DNA from: Escherichia coli O157:H7
GTDB taxonomy: Bacteria; Pseudomonadota; Gammaproteobacteria; Enterobacterales; Enterobacteriaceae
NCBI RefSeq assembly: GCF_013167455.1
Contig: NZ_CP038328.1
DNA length: 64,000 nt
Direction: 5' to 3' (one strand)
How positions within the stretch are numbered: position 1 is the stretch's first letter; the number at the start of each line of letters is the position of its first letter. A program made the translations under genes and the position numbers. A model generated the notes under the pieces. It did no database searches. It saw nothing but the letters and a program-made list of their open reading frames with translations, and was not told the DNA's origin. Positions 20,555-31,596 of this stretch are shown here, piece by piece.

Positions 20555-21229
20555 ATGAAAGGGTTATTATCTTTACTCATCTCTTCTATGATATTCCCCG
20601 TGCATGCCGGAATGGTTATTTTCGGGACCCGTATCATTTACCCGGCAGAGCAGAAAGAGGTCATGGTACAACTGATGAATCAGGGAAACCGCTCTTCGCT
20701 GATGCAGGCGTGGATTGATGATGGCGACACGTCTCTGCCGCCAGAAAAGATTCAGGTTCCTTTCATGTTAACGCCACCAGTAGTGAAAGTAGCGGCCAAT
20801 TCTGGGCAACAAATAAAAATTAAAATCATGCCTAATAAATTACCCAGTAATAAGGAAAGTATTTTTTATCTTAATGTTCTGGATATTCCACCGAATAGCC
20901 CAGAAGATGAAGGAAAGAATGCGTTAAAATTTGCCATGCAAAACAGAATCAAGTTGTTTTACCGACCTGCTGGTATTGCTCCGGTAAATAAAACGACTTT
21001 TAAAAAATTACGAGTGAGTCGTAGCGGTAATAACGTAGTCATAAAAAATGACTCGCCAAATTGGGTAACGATTTCTGATGTTAAGGCTAATAACGTCAAA
21101 GTGAATTATGAAACAATCATGATTGCACCACAAGAAAGTCAGAATGTTAGTGAAAAAAATAATAATGCGAATGGCTGGCAACTGACCATTATCGATGATC
21201 ACGGCAACTATATTAGTGACAAAATTTAA
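20555..21229 (+). CDS. yehC: Periplasmic fimbrial chaperone YehC
   Basis: Start MKGLLSLLISSMIFPVHA after SD aagagg; an upstream in-frame ATG at 20507 would sit inside the hairpin. PapD-like chaperone. Confidence 0.8.
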   Translation: MKGLLSLLISSMIFPVHAGMVIFGTRIIYPAEQKEVMVQLMNQGNRSSLMQAWIDDGDTSLPPEKIQVPFMLTPPVVKVAANSGQQIKIKIMPNKLPSNKESIFYLNVLDIPPNSPEDEGKNALKFAMQNRIKLFYRPAGIAPVNKTTFKKLRVSRSGNNVVIKNDSPNWVTISDVKANNVKVNYETIMIAPQESQNVSEKNNNANGWQLTIIDDHGNYISDKI

Positions 21230-21244
21230 TTGCAGGAGCTGCCT

Positions 21245-23725
21245 ATGTTGAGAATGACCCCGCTTGCATCAGCAATAGTCGCGTTATTGCTCGGCATTGA
21301 AGCACATGCAGCAGAAGAAACCTTTGACACCCATTTTATGATGGGAGGAATGAAAGGTGAGCAAGTAACAAATTTGCGTCTTGATGATAATCAGCCTTTA
21401 CCTGGGCAGTACGACATTGATATTTATGTCAATAAACAATGGCGTGGAAAATATGAGATTATCGTCAAAGATAACCCACATGAAACTTGCCTGACGCGTG
21501 AAATTGTAAAGCGGTTAGGTATAAATAGCGATAATTTTGCACGCGAAAATCAGTGTTTAACATTTGAGCAACTTGTTCAGGGCGGAAGCTACTCCTGGGA
21601 TATTGGGATTTTTCGTTTGGATCTCGCTGTTCCGCAAGCCTGGGTTGAAGAGCTGGAAAATGGTTACGTTCCGCCAGAAAACTGGGAGCGGGGAATCAAT
21701 GCGTTTTATACGTCTTATTACGTAAGTCAGTATTACAGTGACTATAAAGCCTCGGGCAATAGTAAGAGCACTTATGTGCGTTTTAACAGTGGGCTAAATT
21801 TGCTGGGATGGCAGCTGCATTCAGATGCCAGTTTTAGCAAAACGGATAATAATCCTGGTGAGTGGAAAAGCAACACGCTGTATCTGGAGCATGGATTTTC
21901 TCAAATTCTCGGTACGCTGCGTATTGGTGATATGTACACCTCAGCCGATATATTTGATTCCGTTCGCTTCACCGGGGTTCGGTTATTTCGTGATATGCAG
22001 ATGTTGCCAAACTCGAAGCAAAATTTTACCCCACGGGTACAGGGGATTGCCCAGAGTAACGCGTTGGTAACTATTGAACAGAACGGTTTTGTCGTTTATC
22101 AGAAAGAGGTTCCACCAGGTCCGTTTTCGATTAGTGATTTGCAGTTAGCGGGCGGAGGGGCGGATCTTGATGTTAGTGTTAAGGAAGCCGATGGTTCTGT
22201 GACTACGTATCTGGTGCCTTATGCGGCAGTACCTAATATGCTGCAACCTGGTGTATCAAAATATGATTTTGCGGCAGGCCGTAGTCATATTGAAGGTGCG
22301 AGCAAGCAAAGTGATTTTGTCCAGGCGGGTTATCAGTATGGTTTTAATAATTTATTGACGCTGTATGGCGGCACGATGGTTGCTAATAATTACTATGCCT
22401 TTACCCTCGGAACAGGTTGGAACACGCGTATTGGCGCAATTTCAGTCGATGCAACTAAATCGCACAGTAAGCAAGACAATGGTGATGTGTTTGACGGACA
22501 AAGTTATCAAATTGCCTATAACAAATTTTTGAGCCAAACATCAACACGTTTTGGTCTGGCGGCCTGGCGTTATTCGTCGCGTGATTACCGCACATTTAAC
22601 GATTATGTGTGGGCAAATAATAAAGATAATTATCGTCGTGATAAAAACGATGTCTATGATATTGCCGATTATTACCAGAATGATTTTGGTCGCAAAAATA
22701 GCTTTTCCGCCAATATGAGTCAGTCATTGCCAGAAGGCTGGGGATCTGTGTCATTAAGTACTTTATGGCGTGATTACTGGGGGCGAAGCGGCAGTAGTAA
22801 AGATTATCAACTGAGTTATTCCAATAACTGGCGGCGGATAAGCTATACCCTCGCGGCAAGCCAGGCGTATGACGAGAACCACGCCGAAGAGAAACGCTTT
22901 AATATTTTTATATCGATTCCCTTTGACTGGGGCGATGACGTTACGACGCCGCGACGGCAAATATATATGTCTAACTCAACGACCTTTGATGATCAGGGTT
23001 TTGCTTCAAACAATACCGGATTATCGGGAACCGTTGGGAACCGCGATCAGTTTAACTATGGTATCAACTTGAGCCATCAACATCAGGGAAATGAAACGAC
23101 AGCTGGGGCCAATTTGACCTGGACCGCACCGGCCGCAACAGTGAATGGCAGCTATAGTCAGTCGAGTACTTATCGACAGGTCGGAGCCAGTGTTTCAGGG
23201 GGACTGGTTGCCTGGTCTGGTGGCGTTAATCTGGCGAACCGTCTTTCCGAAACGTTTGCTGTGATGCATGCGCCGGGAATCAAAGATGCTTATGTCAATG
23301 GGCAAAAATATCGTACAACAAACTGTAATGGTGTGGTGGTGTACGACGGACTGACACCTTATCGGGAAAATCACCTGATGATGGATGTGTCGCAAAGCGA
23401 TAGCGAAACAGAATTACGCGGGAACCGTAAAATGACCGCCCCTTATCGCGGCGCGGTCGTTCTGGTTGATTTTGATACCGATCAGCGTAAGCCCTGGTTT
23501 ATAAAAGCATTAAGATCCGATGGACAGCCATTAACGTTTGGTTATGAAGTCAATGATATGCATGGTCATAACATTGGTGTTGTCGGCCAGGGCAGTCAGA
23601 TATTTATTCGCACCAATGAAATACCGCCAGCGGTTAATGTGGCAATTGATAAGCAACAAGGGCTTTCATGCACAATCACCTTCGGTAAAGAGATTGATGA
23701 AAGTAAAAATTATATCTGTCGGTGA
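21245..23725 (+). CDS. yehB: Outer-membrane fimbrial usher YehB
   Basis: Start MLRMTPLASAIVALLLGIEAHA (SD caggag); 826 aa. Confidence 0.85.
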   Translation: MLRMTPLASAIVALLLGIEAHAAEETFDTHFMMGGMKGEQVTNLRLDDNQPLPGQYDIDIYVNKQWRGKYEIIVKDNPHETCLTREIVKRLGINSDNFARENQCLTFEQLVQGGSYSWDIGIFRLDLAVPQAWVEELENGYVPPENWERGINAFYTSYYVSQYYSDYKASGNSKSTYVRFNSGLNLLGWQLHSDASFSKTDNNPGEWKSNTLYLEHGFSQILGTLRIGDMYTSADIFDSVRFTGVRLFRDMQMLPNSKQNFTPRVQGIAQSNALVTIEQNGFVVYQKEVPPGPFSISDLQLAGGGADLDVSVKEADGSVTTYLVPYAAVPNMLQPGVSKYDFAAGRSHIEGASKQSDFVQAGYQYGFNNLLTLYGGTMVANNYYAFTLGTGWNTRIGAISVDATKSHSKQDNGDVFDGQSYQIAYNKFLSQTSTRFGLAAWRYSSRDYRTFNDYVWANNKDNYRRDKNDVYDIADYYQNDFGRKNSFSANMSQSLPEGWGSVSLSTLWRDYWGRSGSSKDYQLSYSNNWRRISYTLAASQAYDENHAEEKRFNIFISIPFDWGDDVTTPRRQIYMSNSTTFDDQGFASNNTGLSGTVGNRDQFNYGINLSHQHQGNETTAGANLTWTAPAATVNGSYSQSSTYRQVGASVSGGLVAWSGGVNLANRLSETFAVMHAPGIKDAYVNGQKYRTTNCNGVVVYDGLTPYRENHLMMDVSQSDSETELRGNRKMTAPYRGAVVLVDFDTDQRKPWFIKALRSDGQPLTFGYEVNDMHGHNIGVVGQGSQIFIRTNEIPPAVNVAIDKQQGLSCTITFGKEIDESKNYICR

Positions 23726-23735
23726 GAGGTGAAAT

Positions 23736-24770
23736 ATGATGTTCAGAAATAGAATATTACTAATATTTATATTGTGGGCTAATTTTACCTGGGCTGGGTG
23801 TCGTACTACTGCATCATTAAATATTACAGATGGTATTAATGTTGGGGAGATTTTAGCGAATGAAACTTCCTTTAGTAAAAGTGTCGTGTTTACTGGGATA
23901 TCTTGTGATACGAGCACGGATAAAATAGTTTATAAAAATATCCAAAGTGATTGGGTTGAAGTTGGGCCTTTTGGTAATGGCGAAAAATTAAAGGTTAAAA
24001 TAGAGTCTTTAGGTAAAACCAGCGACACAATTGGGAAATCCAGCAATGCGCAGGCAGTATTACCTTATGTGGTTAAAATAGCCAGAGGCACACCTGATTT
24101 TACTGGAGAAAGAAAATCTACCTGGTTTATTTCAGATACCGTGATTGCAAATATTGGCGGTGAGTCATCGTCATCCATCGATTTTTGGTTGGGTATTTGT
24201 AAGGCATTGAAGTTTAACTGGTGTGTGAATTATCTCACCAGCAAACTGGCGGGGGATACATTTACGCTTGGGTTAAATATTTCCTATTATCCTAAAAATA
24301 CGACCTGTAAGCCTGAAAACACCGTTATAAAAGTAGATGATATCGCCTTGTTCCAGCTCAGAAATCAGGGAAAGATTGCGGCGAACAGTAAGGAAGGAAC
24401 AATTACGTTGAAATGTGATAATCTTTTCGGCGACAAAAAACAAGCATCGCGGAATATGGTTGTATATCTTTCTAGCAGTGACTTAGTTAAAGGAAGTAAT
24501 ACTATTTTGCGTGGTAAAACAGATAATGGTGTAGGGTTTGTGTTGGATCTAACAGAACCACCAAAAGGGACTGAGGCTGCCATTAAAATTTCGGCCAACG
24601 GCGATCAGGGCGCGGCGACATCATTATGGAAAACAGATAAACCAGGAGTTTCATTAAATAGCAACATTATTAATATACCAGTCATGGCCAGTTACTATGT
24701 ATATGATGAAAAAAAAGTTAAATCTGGCGCACTGGAAGCAACCGCATTAATCAACGTGAAATACGATTAA
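23736..24770 (+). CDS. yehA: Fimbrial adhesin-like protein YehA
   Basis: 344-aa ORF with signal peptide, last gene of the cluster. Confidence 0.8.
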   Translation: MMFRNRILLIFILWANFTWAGCRTTASLNITDGINVGEILANETSFSKSVVFTGISCDTSTDKIVYKNIQSDWVEVGPFGNGEKLKVKIESLGKTSDTIGKSSNAQAVLPYVVKIARGTPDFTGERKSTWFISDTVIANIGGESSSSIDFWLGICKALKFNWCVNYLTSKLAGDTFTLGLNISYYPKNTTCKPENTVIKVDDIALFQLRNQGKIAANSKEGTITLKCDNLFGDKKQASRNMVVYLSSSDLVKGSNTILRGKTDNGVGFVLDLTEPPKGTEAAIKISANGDQGAATSLWKTDKPGVSLNSNIINIPVMASYYVYDEKKVKSGALEATALINVKYD

Positions 24771-24826
24771 TAACAAGCAAGATGAGCAAGTGGCTAATAA
24801 TAAGAAATAATAAGGTGTCTGCATTT

Positions 24827-24853
24827 CCCCCTCTCTCCGAGGGGGCTTTTTTT
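24827..24853. terminator. Intrinsic terminator between convergent yehA and rcnB
   Basis: Stem ccccctc(24827-24833)/gaggggg(24839-24845), T-run 24847-24853, A-rich on the other side. Confidence 0.6.
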
Positions 24854-25190
24854 AGCGATGATAAAAAATCTCACCGTCGTAGGCTTTAATGATTTTACCG
24901 TCGGTGTCGCTGATCAACACGTACGCGCCACCCATATAGGTCCAGTGCGTCCCGGCATCCGGCGCGGGCAGGTTACGCAACTGCCACTGCTTAATGTTGT
25001 ACTCATCGGTACGGTACATCTCTGGTACGGTGTCCCCTGGTTTGTAATGCTTAAAGTCAGCAATGAAACTGCTTAACTCATACTTAGAAATTCCCGAGGT
25101 ATTGGTCGAACCCGCGGTGGCTGGTGCGGCCCAGGCGGCACTGGTAACCAGCAAAAGCGCACCCAGCAACATCTTATTTTTAATGGTCAT
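24852..25190 (-). CDS. rcnB: Periplasmic Ni/Co homeostasis protein RcnB
   Basis: Start MTIKNKMLLGALLLVTSAAWA (ATG 25190); 112 aa; downstream of rcnA. Confidence 0.8.
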   Translation of the reverse strand: MTIKNKMLLGALLLVTSAAWAAPATAGSTNTSGISKYELSSFIADFKHYKPGDTVPEMYRTDEYNIKQWQLRNLPAPDAGTHWTYMGGAYVLISDTDGKIIKAYDGEIFYHR

Positions 25191-25407
25191 AAACTCTCCA
25201 CTTTGGGGATCTGTAATATCAGTCGCATATCTTTCCTGCCATACAATATAACTGACAAGCGATATTTTGTTAGTGATCCCATGATTTCGTAAAAAGTGTA
25301 AATGAAAGGATGTAGCAAAAGCATCCTCATTGAGCGAGAAGTGAGCGGAATAAGCTGATTTAAGAATCATCCTGGGCTAAAAGGATAGCGAAGCCCAGGT
25401 GATTGTT

Positions 25408-26259
<852 letters not shown>

Positions 26260-26296
26260 GATAATAATTCTTAGTATTAATTCGGCAATCTGATTC

Positions 26297-26351
26297 TACT
26301 CCCCCCCAGTACCTGATACTACCCCCCAGTACCTGATACTACCCCCCAGTA
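26297..26351. promoter_or_regulatory. Three tandem RcnR operator-like boxes (TACT-N7-AGTA) at 20-bp spacing
   Basis: Boxes at 26297-26311, 26317-26331 and 26337-26351, each TACT + C-run + AGTA, separated by cctga; matches the published RcnR site TACT-G6-N-AGTA on the other strand. Confidence 0.65.
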
Positions 26352-26399
26352 GATTAATAGTGCTATGATTTTTCATGTTCTTGTTAACCAGGTGTTGCC

Positions 26400-26672
26400 A
26401 TGTCTCATACAATCCGTGATAAACAGAAACTGAAAGCGCGTGCCAGTAAGATTCAGGGCCAGGTCGTGGCGCTCAAGAAAATGCTCGACGAGCCGCACGA
26501 ATGCGCTGCAGTTTTACAACAGATTGCTGCTATCCGTGGCGCGGTAAACGGTCTGATGCGGGAAGTGATTAAAGGTCATCTAACGGAACATATCGTTCAC
26601 CAGGGGGATGAGCTAAAACGTGAAGAAGATCTGGATGTTGTTCTGAAGGTGCTGGATTCTTATATCAAATGA
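26400..26672 (+). CDS. rcnR: Ni/Co-responsive repressor RcnR (CsoR/RcnR family)
   Basis: 90-aa [24 protein letters not shown]..., divergent from rcnA. Confidence 0.9.
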
Positions 26673-26781
26673 AAGTGCCTAATATGGCCGTAGTTGAGGC
26701 AATAAATAGAGGGACAAGTGACGTTAAGCTGAATTAGAGTAAATGGCGTGAGGACACACGCCATTCGAGGTTATAGTTTGA

Positions 26782-27096
26782 TTAATTTTCGAAAAATTGC
26801 TTCACAGCCCAGCCACCATGACCACCTGGAGTTATGAATGAAACAAAACCTTTGTCATCTACGCTCTGGATTTCTACCGTCATTGATTCATCTAACACGC
26901 GACATTTATTGGATGTAATGAGACTCAGCATAGCCTGTTGGTCATTGTCCTGGATGTAACTGATCATCTCGTAAAAGTCAGTTAACTTTTTACAGTTAAA
27001 TGTACCTTCTTTAAGTGTTGCGCTGTCTCCGTGACTTAGTGCGAATGCATTTGGCATCATTGCCACAAAGATGACGGTAACGAGTAGTTTTTTCAT
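26782..27096 (-). CDS. Hypothetical small secreted protein (104 aa, signal peptide, 2 Cys)
   Basis: ATG 27096 with SD aagagg; signal peptide MKKLLVTVIFVAMMPNAFA; 9 nt downstream of the preceding ORF; in AT-rich DNA. Confidence 0.5.
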   Translation of the reverse strand: MKKLLVTVIFVAMMPNAFALSHGDSATLKEGTFNCKKLTDFYEMISYIQDNDQQAMLSLITSNKCRVLDESMTVEIQSVDDKGFVSFITPGGHGGWAVKQFFEN

Positions 27097-27105
27097 TTTA
27101 GCCTC

Positions 27106-27453
27106 TTATAATTCAGAACATTCACTGATGTTGTAAGTGCCTTTTCTACCATCATCGTTTACGAGATGTAGCACGAAGATGATGGGATTGGCATCAATGA
27201 AAGATACAGAGACGTTCCCGCTTTCGGTGCTATACATCTTTGCAATCTGTTTTTCACCAATATATGAGAGATCCCAACTCACTCCGTTCAAGCTAAAATG
27301 CATCTGTTTGCCGTCAATATCGATGGAGGATTGTGCCGTAACGGTTTTCCCATTGCTGCCAATTTGACCCTGCTGAAGAGCATCACATTTATAGGAGCTT
27401 GCATAAGTAGATAGAGGTAGTAGCAGAAGTGCAGCAAAAATTTTACTCTTCAT
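27106..27453 (-). CDS. Hypothetical small secreted protein (115 aa, signal peptide, 2 Cys)
   Basis: ATG 27453; signal peptide MKSKIFAALLLLPLSTYA; first gene of an apparent two-gene operon in AT-rich DNA. Confidence 0.5.
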   Translation of the reverse strand: MKSKIFAALLLLPLSTYASSYKCDALQQGQIGSNGKTVTAQSSIDIDGKQMHFSLNGVSWDLSYIGEKQIAKMYSTESGNVSVSFIDANPIIFVLHLVNDDGRKGTYNISECSEL

Positions 27454-28503
27454 ATTTTCCCTTTGCTTGGATTTGGGTTACCTATTTTGGGGTAGTCATT
27501 ATAAAACTATTAATTAGTAAAACGAACAAGTTTTCATTTGTTTAGCAATGGTATTGTTTAGGTTTGAAATTATTACGTATTTTCATAGCAATAGGTTGGA
27601 TAAACAGCAGTTCAGGGAACAAGTTGCACTATCTACATACTTTTCCGCTTTCCATTGCATGTTAGGTAATAGATAGCCTTTGCCCGTAAGACTAAAAATA
27701 TTAGAAATGACTCATTCGAATACCTTCTATTCACCTTAATATAGGTTTGATTATTGTAATCGTTTAATGTGTCTTATGATTTTTTCCTACTTTTCATTTG
27801 CATAATATAGGGGGCACAGCATGCTCTTGAAATTAATTATTAAAATATTTAAATTTTACAGCACACAACTACTTTTCGTTGTCTTATGTGTTGAACGTAC
27901 TTCGAGTATAGGTAGGGTTGTATATATATTGCGTGGGTAGAGTTAGAATAGAGGAAGCATCATTTATAGAATATTCAAGAACGTTAGCCTGTGATCAATA
28001 AATAAAAATATCAAATGGTGTTCAAACATATTTTTCTATGAAAAATCCAGCCATCTATGATGAATTTTTAGATCCATTTTAATTAAAGTATGATTATGAA
28101 CCAAGATTTAGCCAAGAATGGGGGTATAGCGCGTATCCAATGACACCGGAAAACGCATCTATGAAGTCCTTATTTATCTCTATAAGAGGAAATCAACACT
28201 AATAAAATGTAGTGATGTAACATATCGAGCAGGTTGCTCTGATGCTGGTCTTCAACTGTGGCTTAAACAGCTATCAAACTTCGGTGTTATTGAGATGAAA
28301 GAATTATCATTCTCAACTATCAATCTCAAAAAGCTAGAGAAAATAGACCTTAATTATTCCACTCTCTAAATTTATCTATTTATTTAAAGTAAAAATGAAA
28401 ATATTATGGTATCAGCTACGTGGTGGTAACTGGTTTTTATGATCATAGGTACATATACAGGGAACCCTGGAAAACGAAAGTAATATATTGATGATTTCGT
28501 TTG

Positions 28504-28743
28504 TTATAACTTCGTGGTATCAAGTCCGGCGGCTTTGAGTCGCTCGGTAAGATTTCTCATTTTGCTGAACTCTGTAGCAAAGCTGGCTTTAAGTCCTACA
28601 CCTTCGCAAAACTCTTTTGCCGTGACGTTTTTCAGATGGTCAGCGTATTTGATCATCTGGAGGTGCATTTCCATCGTTTGGCTATTTCGTGGTGCGCTGC
28701 TAATGGCTTGCTTAATGTTCTCGTAGATCTGGGTTTCTGTCAT
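28504..28743 (-). CDS. Hypothetical small cytoplasmic protein (79 aa)
   Basis: ATG 28743 preceded by SD aggtga (the track's 28761 start is TTG); no signal peptide; family not recognised. Confidence 0.45.
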   Translation of the reverse strand: MTETQIYENIKQAISSAPRNSQTMEMHLQMIKYADHLKNVTAKEFCEGVGLKASFATEFSKMRNLTERLKAAGLDTTKL

Positions 28744-28944
28744 TTTTATCTCACCTATCAAATTTAGATAAATAATATAAATTAGCTAATTAAGATAGTC
28801 TACAGTTTTTACCACCTGAATGATGGGTGTGAATTGTTTCTTTTTCATTACTGATATGGGGTACACAGTGAAGACGTAATGAATGGAGGCGAGCTTGCAT
28901 CTGCAAGCCTCTTCCCCTAAGCTGGCACAAAATATAGAGATTCA

Positions 28945-29076
28945 ACCAAACGACTCGGGGTGCCCTTCTGCGTGAAGGCTGAGAAATACCCGTATCACCT
29001 GATCTGGATAATGCCAGCGTAGGGAAGTCACGGACCACCAGGTCATTGCTTCTTCACGTTATGGCAGGAGCAAACT
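28945..29076 (+). promoter_or_regulatory. TPP riboswitch (THI element) in the thiM leader
   Basis: Sequence ggggtgcccttctgcgtgaaggctgagaaatacccgtatcacctgatctggataatgccagcgtagggaagtc matches the thiM TPP aptamer; expression platform runs to the thiM SD/ATG. Confidence 0.85.
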
Positions 29077-29865
29077 ATGCAAGTCGACCTGCTGAGTTCC
29101 GCGCAATCTGCGCACACGTTACACCTTTTTCACCAACATTCCCCTCTTGTGCACTGCATGACCAACGATGTGGTGCAAACCTTTACTGCCAATACCTTGC
29201 TGGCGCTCGGTGCATCGCCAGCGATGGTTATCGAAACCGAAGAGGCCAGTCAGTTTGCGGCTATCGCCAGTGCCTTGTTGATTAACGTTGGCACACTGAC
29301 GCAGCCACGCGCACAGGCGATGCGTGCTGCCGTTGAGCAAGCAAAAAGCTCTCAAACACCCTGGACGCTTGATCCAGTAGCGGTTGGTGCGCTCGATTAT
29401 CGCCGCCATTTTTGTCATGAACTTTTATCTTTTAAACCGGCAGCGATACGTGGTAATGCTTCGGAAATCATGGCATTAGCTGGCGTTGCTAATGGTGGAC
29501 GGGGAGTGGATACCACTGACGCCGCAGTTAACGCGATACCCGCTGCACAAACACTGGCACGGGAAACTGGCGCAATCGTCGTGGTCACTGGCGAGGTGGA
29601 TTATGTTACCGATGGCCATCGCGCCGTTGGCATTCACGGTGGCGATCCGTTAATGACCAAAGTGGTAGGAACTGGCTGTGCATTATCGGCGGTTGTCGCT
29701 GCCTGTTGTGCGTTACCAGGCGATATGCTGGAAAATGTCGCATCTGCCTGTCACTGGATGAAACAAGCCGGAGAACGCGCAGTCGCCAGAAGCGAGGGGC
29801 CAGGCAGTTTTGTTCCACATTTCCTTGATGCGCTCTGGCAATTGACGCAGGAGGTGCAGGCATGA
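29077..29865 (+). CDS. thiM: Hydroxyethylthiazole kinase
   Basis: 262-aa ORF directly after the TPP riboswitch; followed by overlapping thiD. Confidence 0.9.
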   Translation: MQVDLLSSAQSAHTLHLFHQHSPLVHCMTNDVVQTFTANTLLALGASPAMVIETEEASQFAAIASALLINVGTLTQPRAQAMRAAVEQAKSSQTPWTLDPVAVGALDYRRHFCHELLSFKPAAIRGNASEIMALAGVANGGRGVDTTDAAVNAIPAAQTLARETGAIVVVTGEVDYVTDGHRAVGIHGGDPLMTKVVGTGCALSAVVAACCALPGDMLENVASACHWMKQAGERAVARSEGPGSFVPHFLDALWQLTQEVQA

Positions 29866-30662
29866 AACGAATTAACGCTCTGACGATTGCCGGTACTGAT
29901 CCGAGTGGTGGTGCGGGGATTCAGGCCGATCTTAAAACCTTCTCGGCACTTGGCGCTTATGGTTGCTCAGTTATTACTGCACTGGTGGCGCAAAATACCC
30001 GTGGCGTACAGTCGGTGTATCGCATTGAGCCTGATTTTGTCGCCGCCCAGCTCGATTCGGTGTTCAGCGATGTGCGAATCGATACCACTAAAATCGGTAT
30101 GTTGGCGGAAACCGATATTGTTGAAGCGGTGGCAGAACGGTTGCAACGTTATCAGATCCAAAACGTGGTACTCGACACCGTTATGCTGGCAAAAAGTGGC
30201 GACCCACTGCTTTCACCTTCGGCAGTTGCCACGCTACGCAGTCGATTATTGCCACAGGTTTCATTAATAACGCCAAACTTGCCCGAAGCTGCTGCCTTGC
30301 TCGACGCGCCACACGCGCGCACCGAACAGGAAATGCTGGAACAAGGGCGAGCGCTGTTGGCGATGGGCTGTGGCGCAGTGCTAATGAAAGGTGGCCATCT
30401 GGATGATGAGCAAAGCCCGGACTGGCTGTTTACCCGCGAGGGTGAACAACGGTTTACCGCACCGCGCATTATGACCAAAAACACCCACGGCACTGGTTGT
30501 ACACTCTCTGCGGCGTTGGCTGCACTACGCCCGCGCCATACAAACTGGGCTGACACCGTACAGGAGGCAAAAAGCTGGCTTTCATCGGCGTTAGCCCAGG
30601 CCGACACGCTGGAAGTTGGTCACGGTATTGGTCCGGTTCACCACTTCCACGCCTGGTGGTGA
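29862..30662 (+). CDS. thiD: Hydroxymethylpyrimidine/phosphomethylpyrimidine kinase
   Basis: 266-aa ORF, start overlaps the thiM stop (ATGA); PfkB-like motifs. Confidence 0.9.
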   Translation: MKRINALTIAGTDPSGGAGIQADLKTFSALGAYGCSVITALVAQNTRGVQSVYRIEPDFVAAQLDSVFSDVRIDTTKIGMLAETDIVEAVAERLQRYQIQNVVLDTVMLAKSGDPLLSPSAVATLRSRLLPQVSLITPNLPEAAALLDAPHARTEQEMLEQGRALLAMGCGAVLMKGGHLDDEQSPDWLFTREGEQRFTAPRIMTKNTHGTGCTLSAALAALRPRHTNWADTVQEAKSWLSSALAQADTLEVGHGIGPVHHFHAWW

Positions 30663-30726
30663 GCACCGTACTATAGCTGCTTTGGTTATTGTCAGCCTTT
30701 GGCACTGACATTCAGGGATGAAACCA

Positions 30727-31545
30727 ATGCAGCTAAGAATTACCAGTCGAAAAAAACTCACCGCTCTATTATGCGCTCTTGGGCTAATTTCCATCGTTGC
30801 AATTTATCCGCGTCAGACGGTGAATTTTTTCTATTCGACAGCAGTTCAGATTACAGACTACATCCACTTCTACGGTTATCGCCCGGTTAAATCTTTCGCT
30901 ATTCATATTCCTGCCAGTTACACCATTCACGGAATAGATGTTTCGCGCTGGCAGGAGCGGATCGACTGGCAGCGGGTGGCAAAAATGCGCGATAACGGTA
31001 TCCGCTTACAATTTGCCTTTATCAAGGCGACGGAAGGCGAAAAGCTGGTGGACCCCTATTTTTCGCGTAACTGGCAACTAAGCCGCGAAAATGGCCTGCT
31101 GCGCGGGGCGTATCATTATTTCTCCCCGTCGGTAGCAGCGCCTGTTCAGGCGCGATTATTTCTGCAAACGGTGGATTTCTCACAAGGCGATTTCCCTGCC
31201 GTGCTGGACGTAGAAGAACGGGGAAAATTATCGGCAAAAGAATTACGCAAGCGGGTAAGTCAGTGGCTAAAAATGGTCGAAAAAAGTACGGGAAAAAAGC
31301 CGGTTATTTACTCAGGAGCCGTTTTTTATCACACCAATCTGGCGGGCTATTTCAATGAATATCCGTGGTGGGTGGCTCACTACTATCAACGTCGCCCGGA
31401 CAATGACGGCATGGCCTGGCGTTTCTGGCAGCATTCCGACCGTGGGCAGGTAGATGGCATTAATGGTTCGGTGGATTTTAATGTGTTTAATGGCACAGAG
31501 GAGGAGTTGCAGGCATTCGTTGATGGGATTAAAGAAACGCCTTAA
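30727..31545 (+). CDS. yegX: Putative GH25-type lysozyme-like glycosidase YegX
   Basis: Track ORF 30718..31545; the second ATG gives 272 aa; start choice uncertain. Confidence 0.7.
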   Translation: MQLRITSRKKLTALLCALGLISIVAIYPRQTVNFFYSTAVQITDYIHFYGYRPVKSFAIHIPASYTIHGIDVSRWQERIDWQRVAKMRDNGIRLQFAFIKATEGEKLVDPYFSRNWQLSRENGLLRGAYHYFSPSVAAPVQARLFLQTVDFSQGDFPAVLDVEERGKLSAKELRKRVSQWLKMVEKSTGKKPVIYSGAVFYHTNLAGYFNEYPWWVAHYYQRRPDNDGMAWRFWQHSDRGQVDGINGSVDFNVFNGTEEELQAFVDGIKETP

Positions 31546-31596
31546 ATAAGAAGCAGTGATATACTCCCACCAGACTCCCTGGCAGGAAAAAGACAA

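Noticed and set aside
27821-27940. 39-codon hydrophobic ORF (MLLKLIIKIFKFYSTQLLFVVLCVERTSSIGRVVYILRG) with an SD-like agggggc upstream
   Set aside because: In AT-rich DNA, where hydrophobic chance ORFs are frequent; no antisense partner or terminator architecture like the zor and ibs loci. Only a possible candidate.
28130-28369. Open frame (...YEVLIYLYKRKSTLIKCSDVTYRAGCSDAGLQLWLKQLSNFGVIEMKELSFSTINL...) in the islet
   Set aside because: No start codon until the last 24 codons and no SD; at best a decayed gene remnant.
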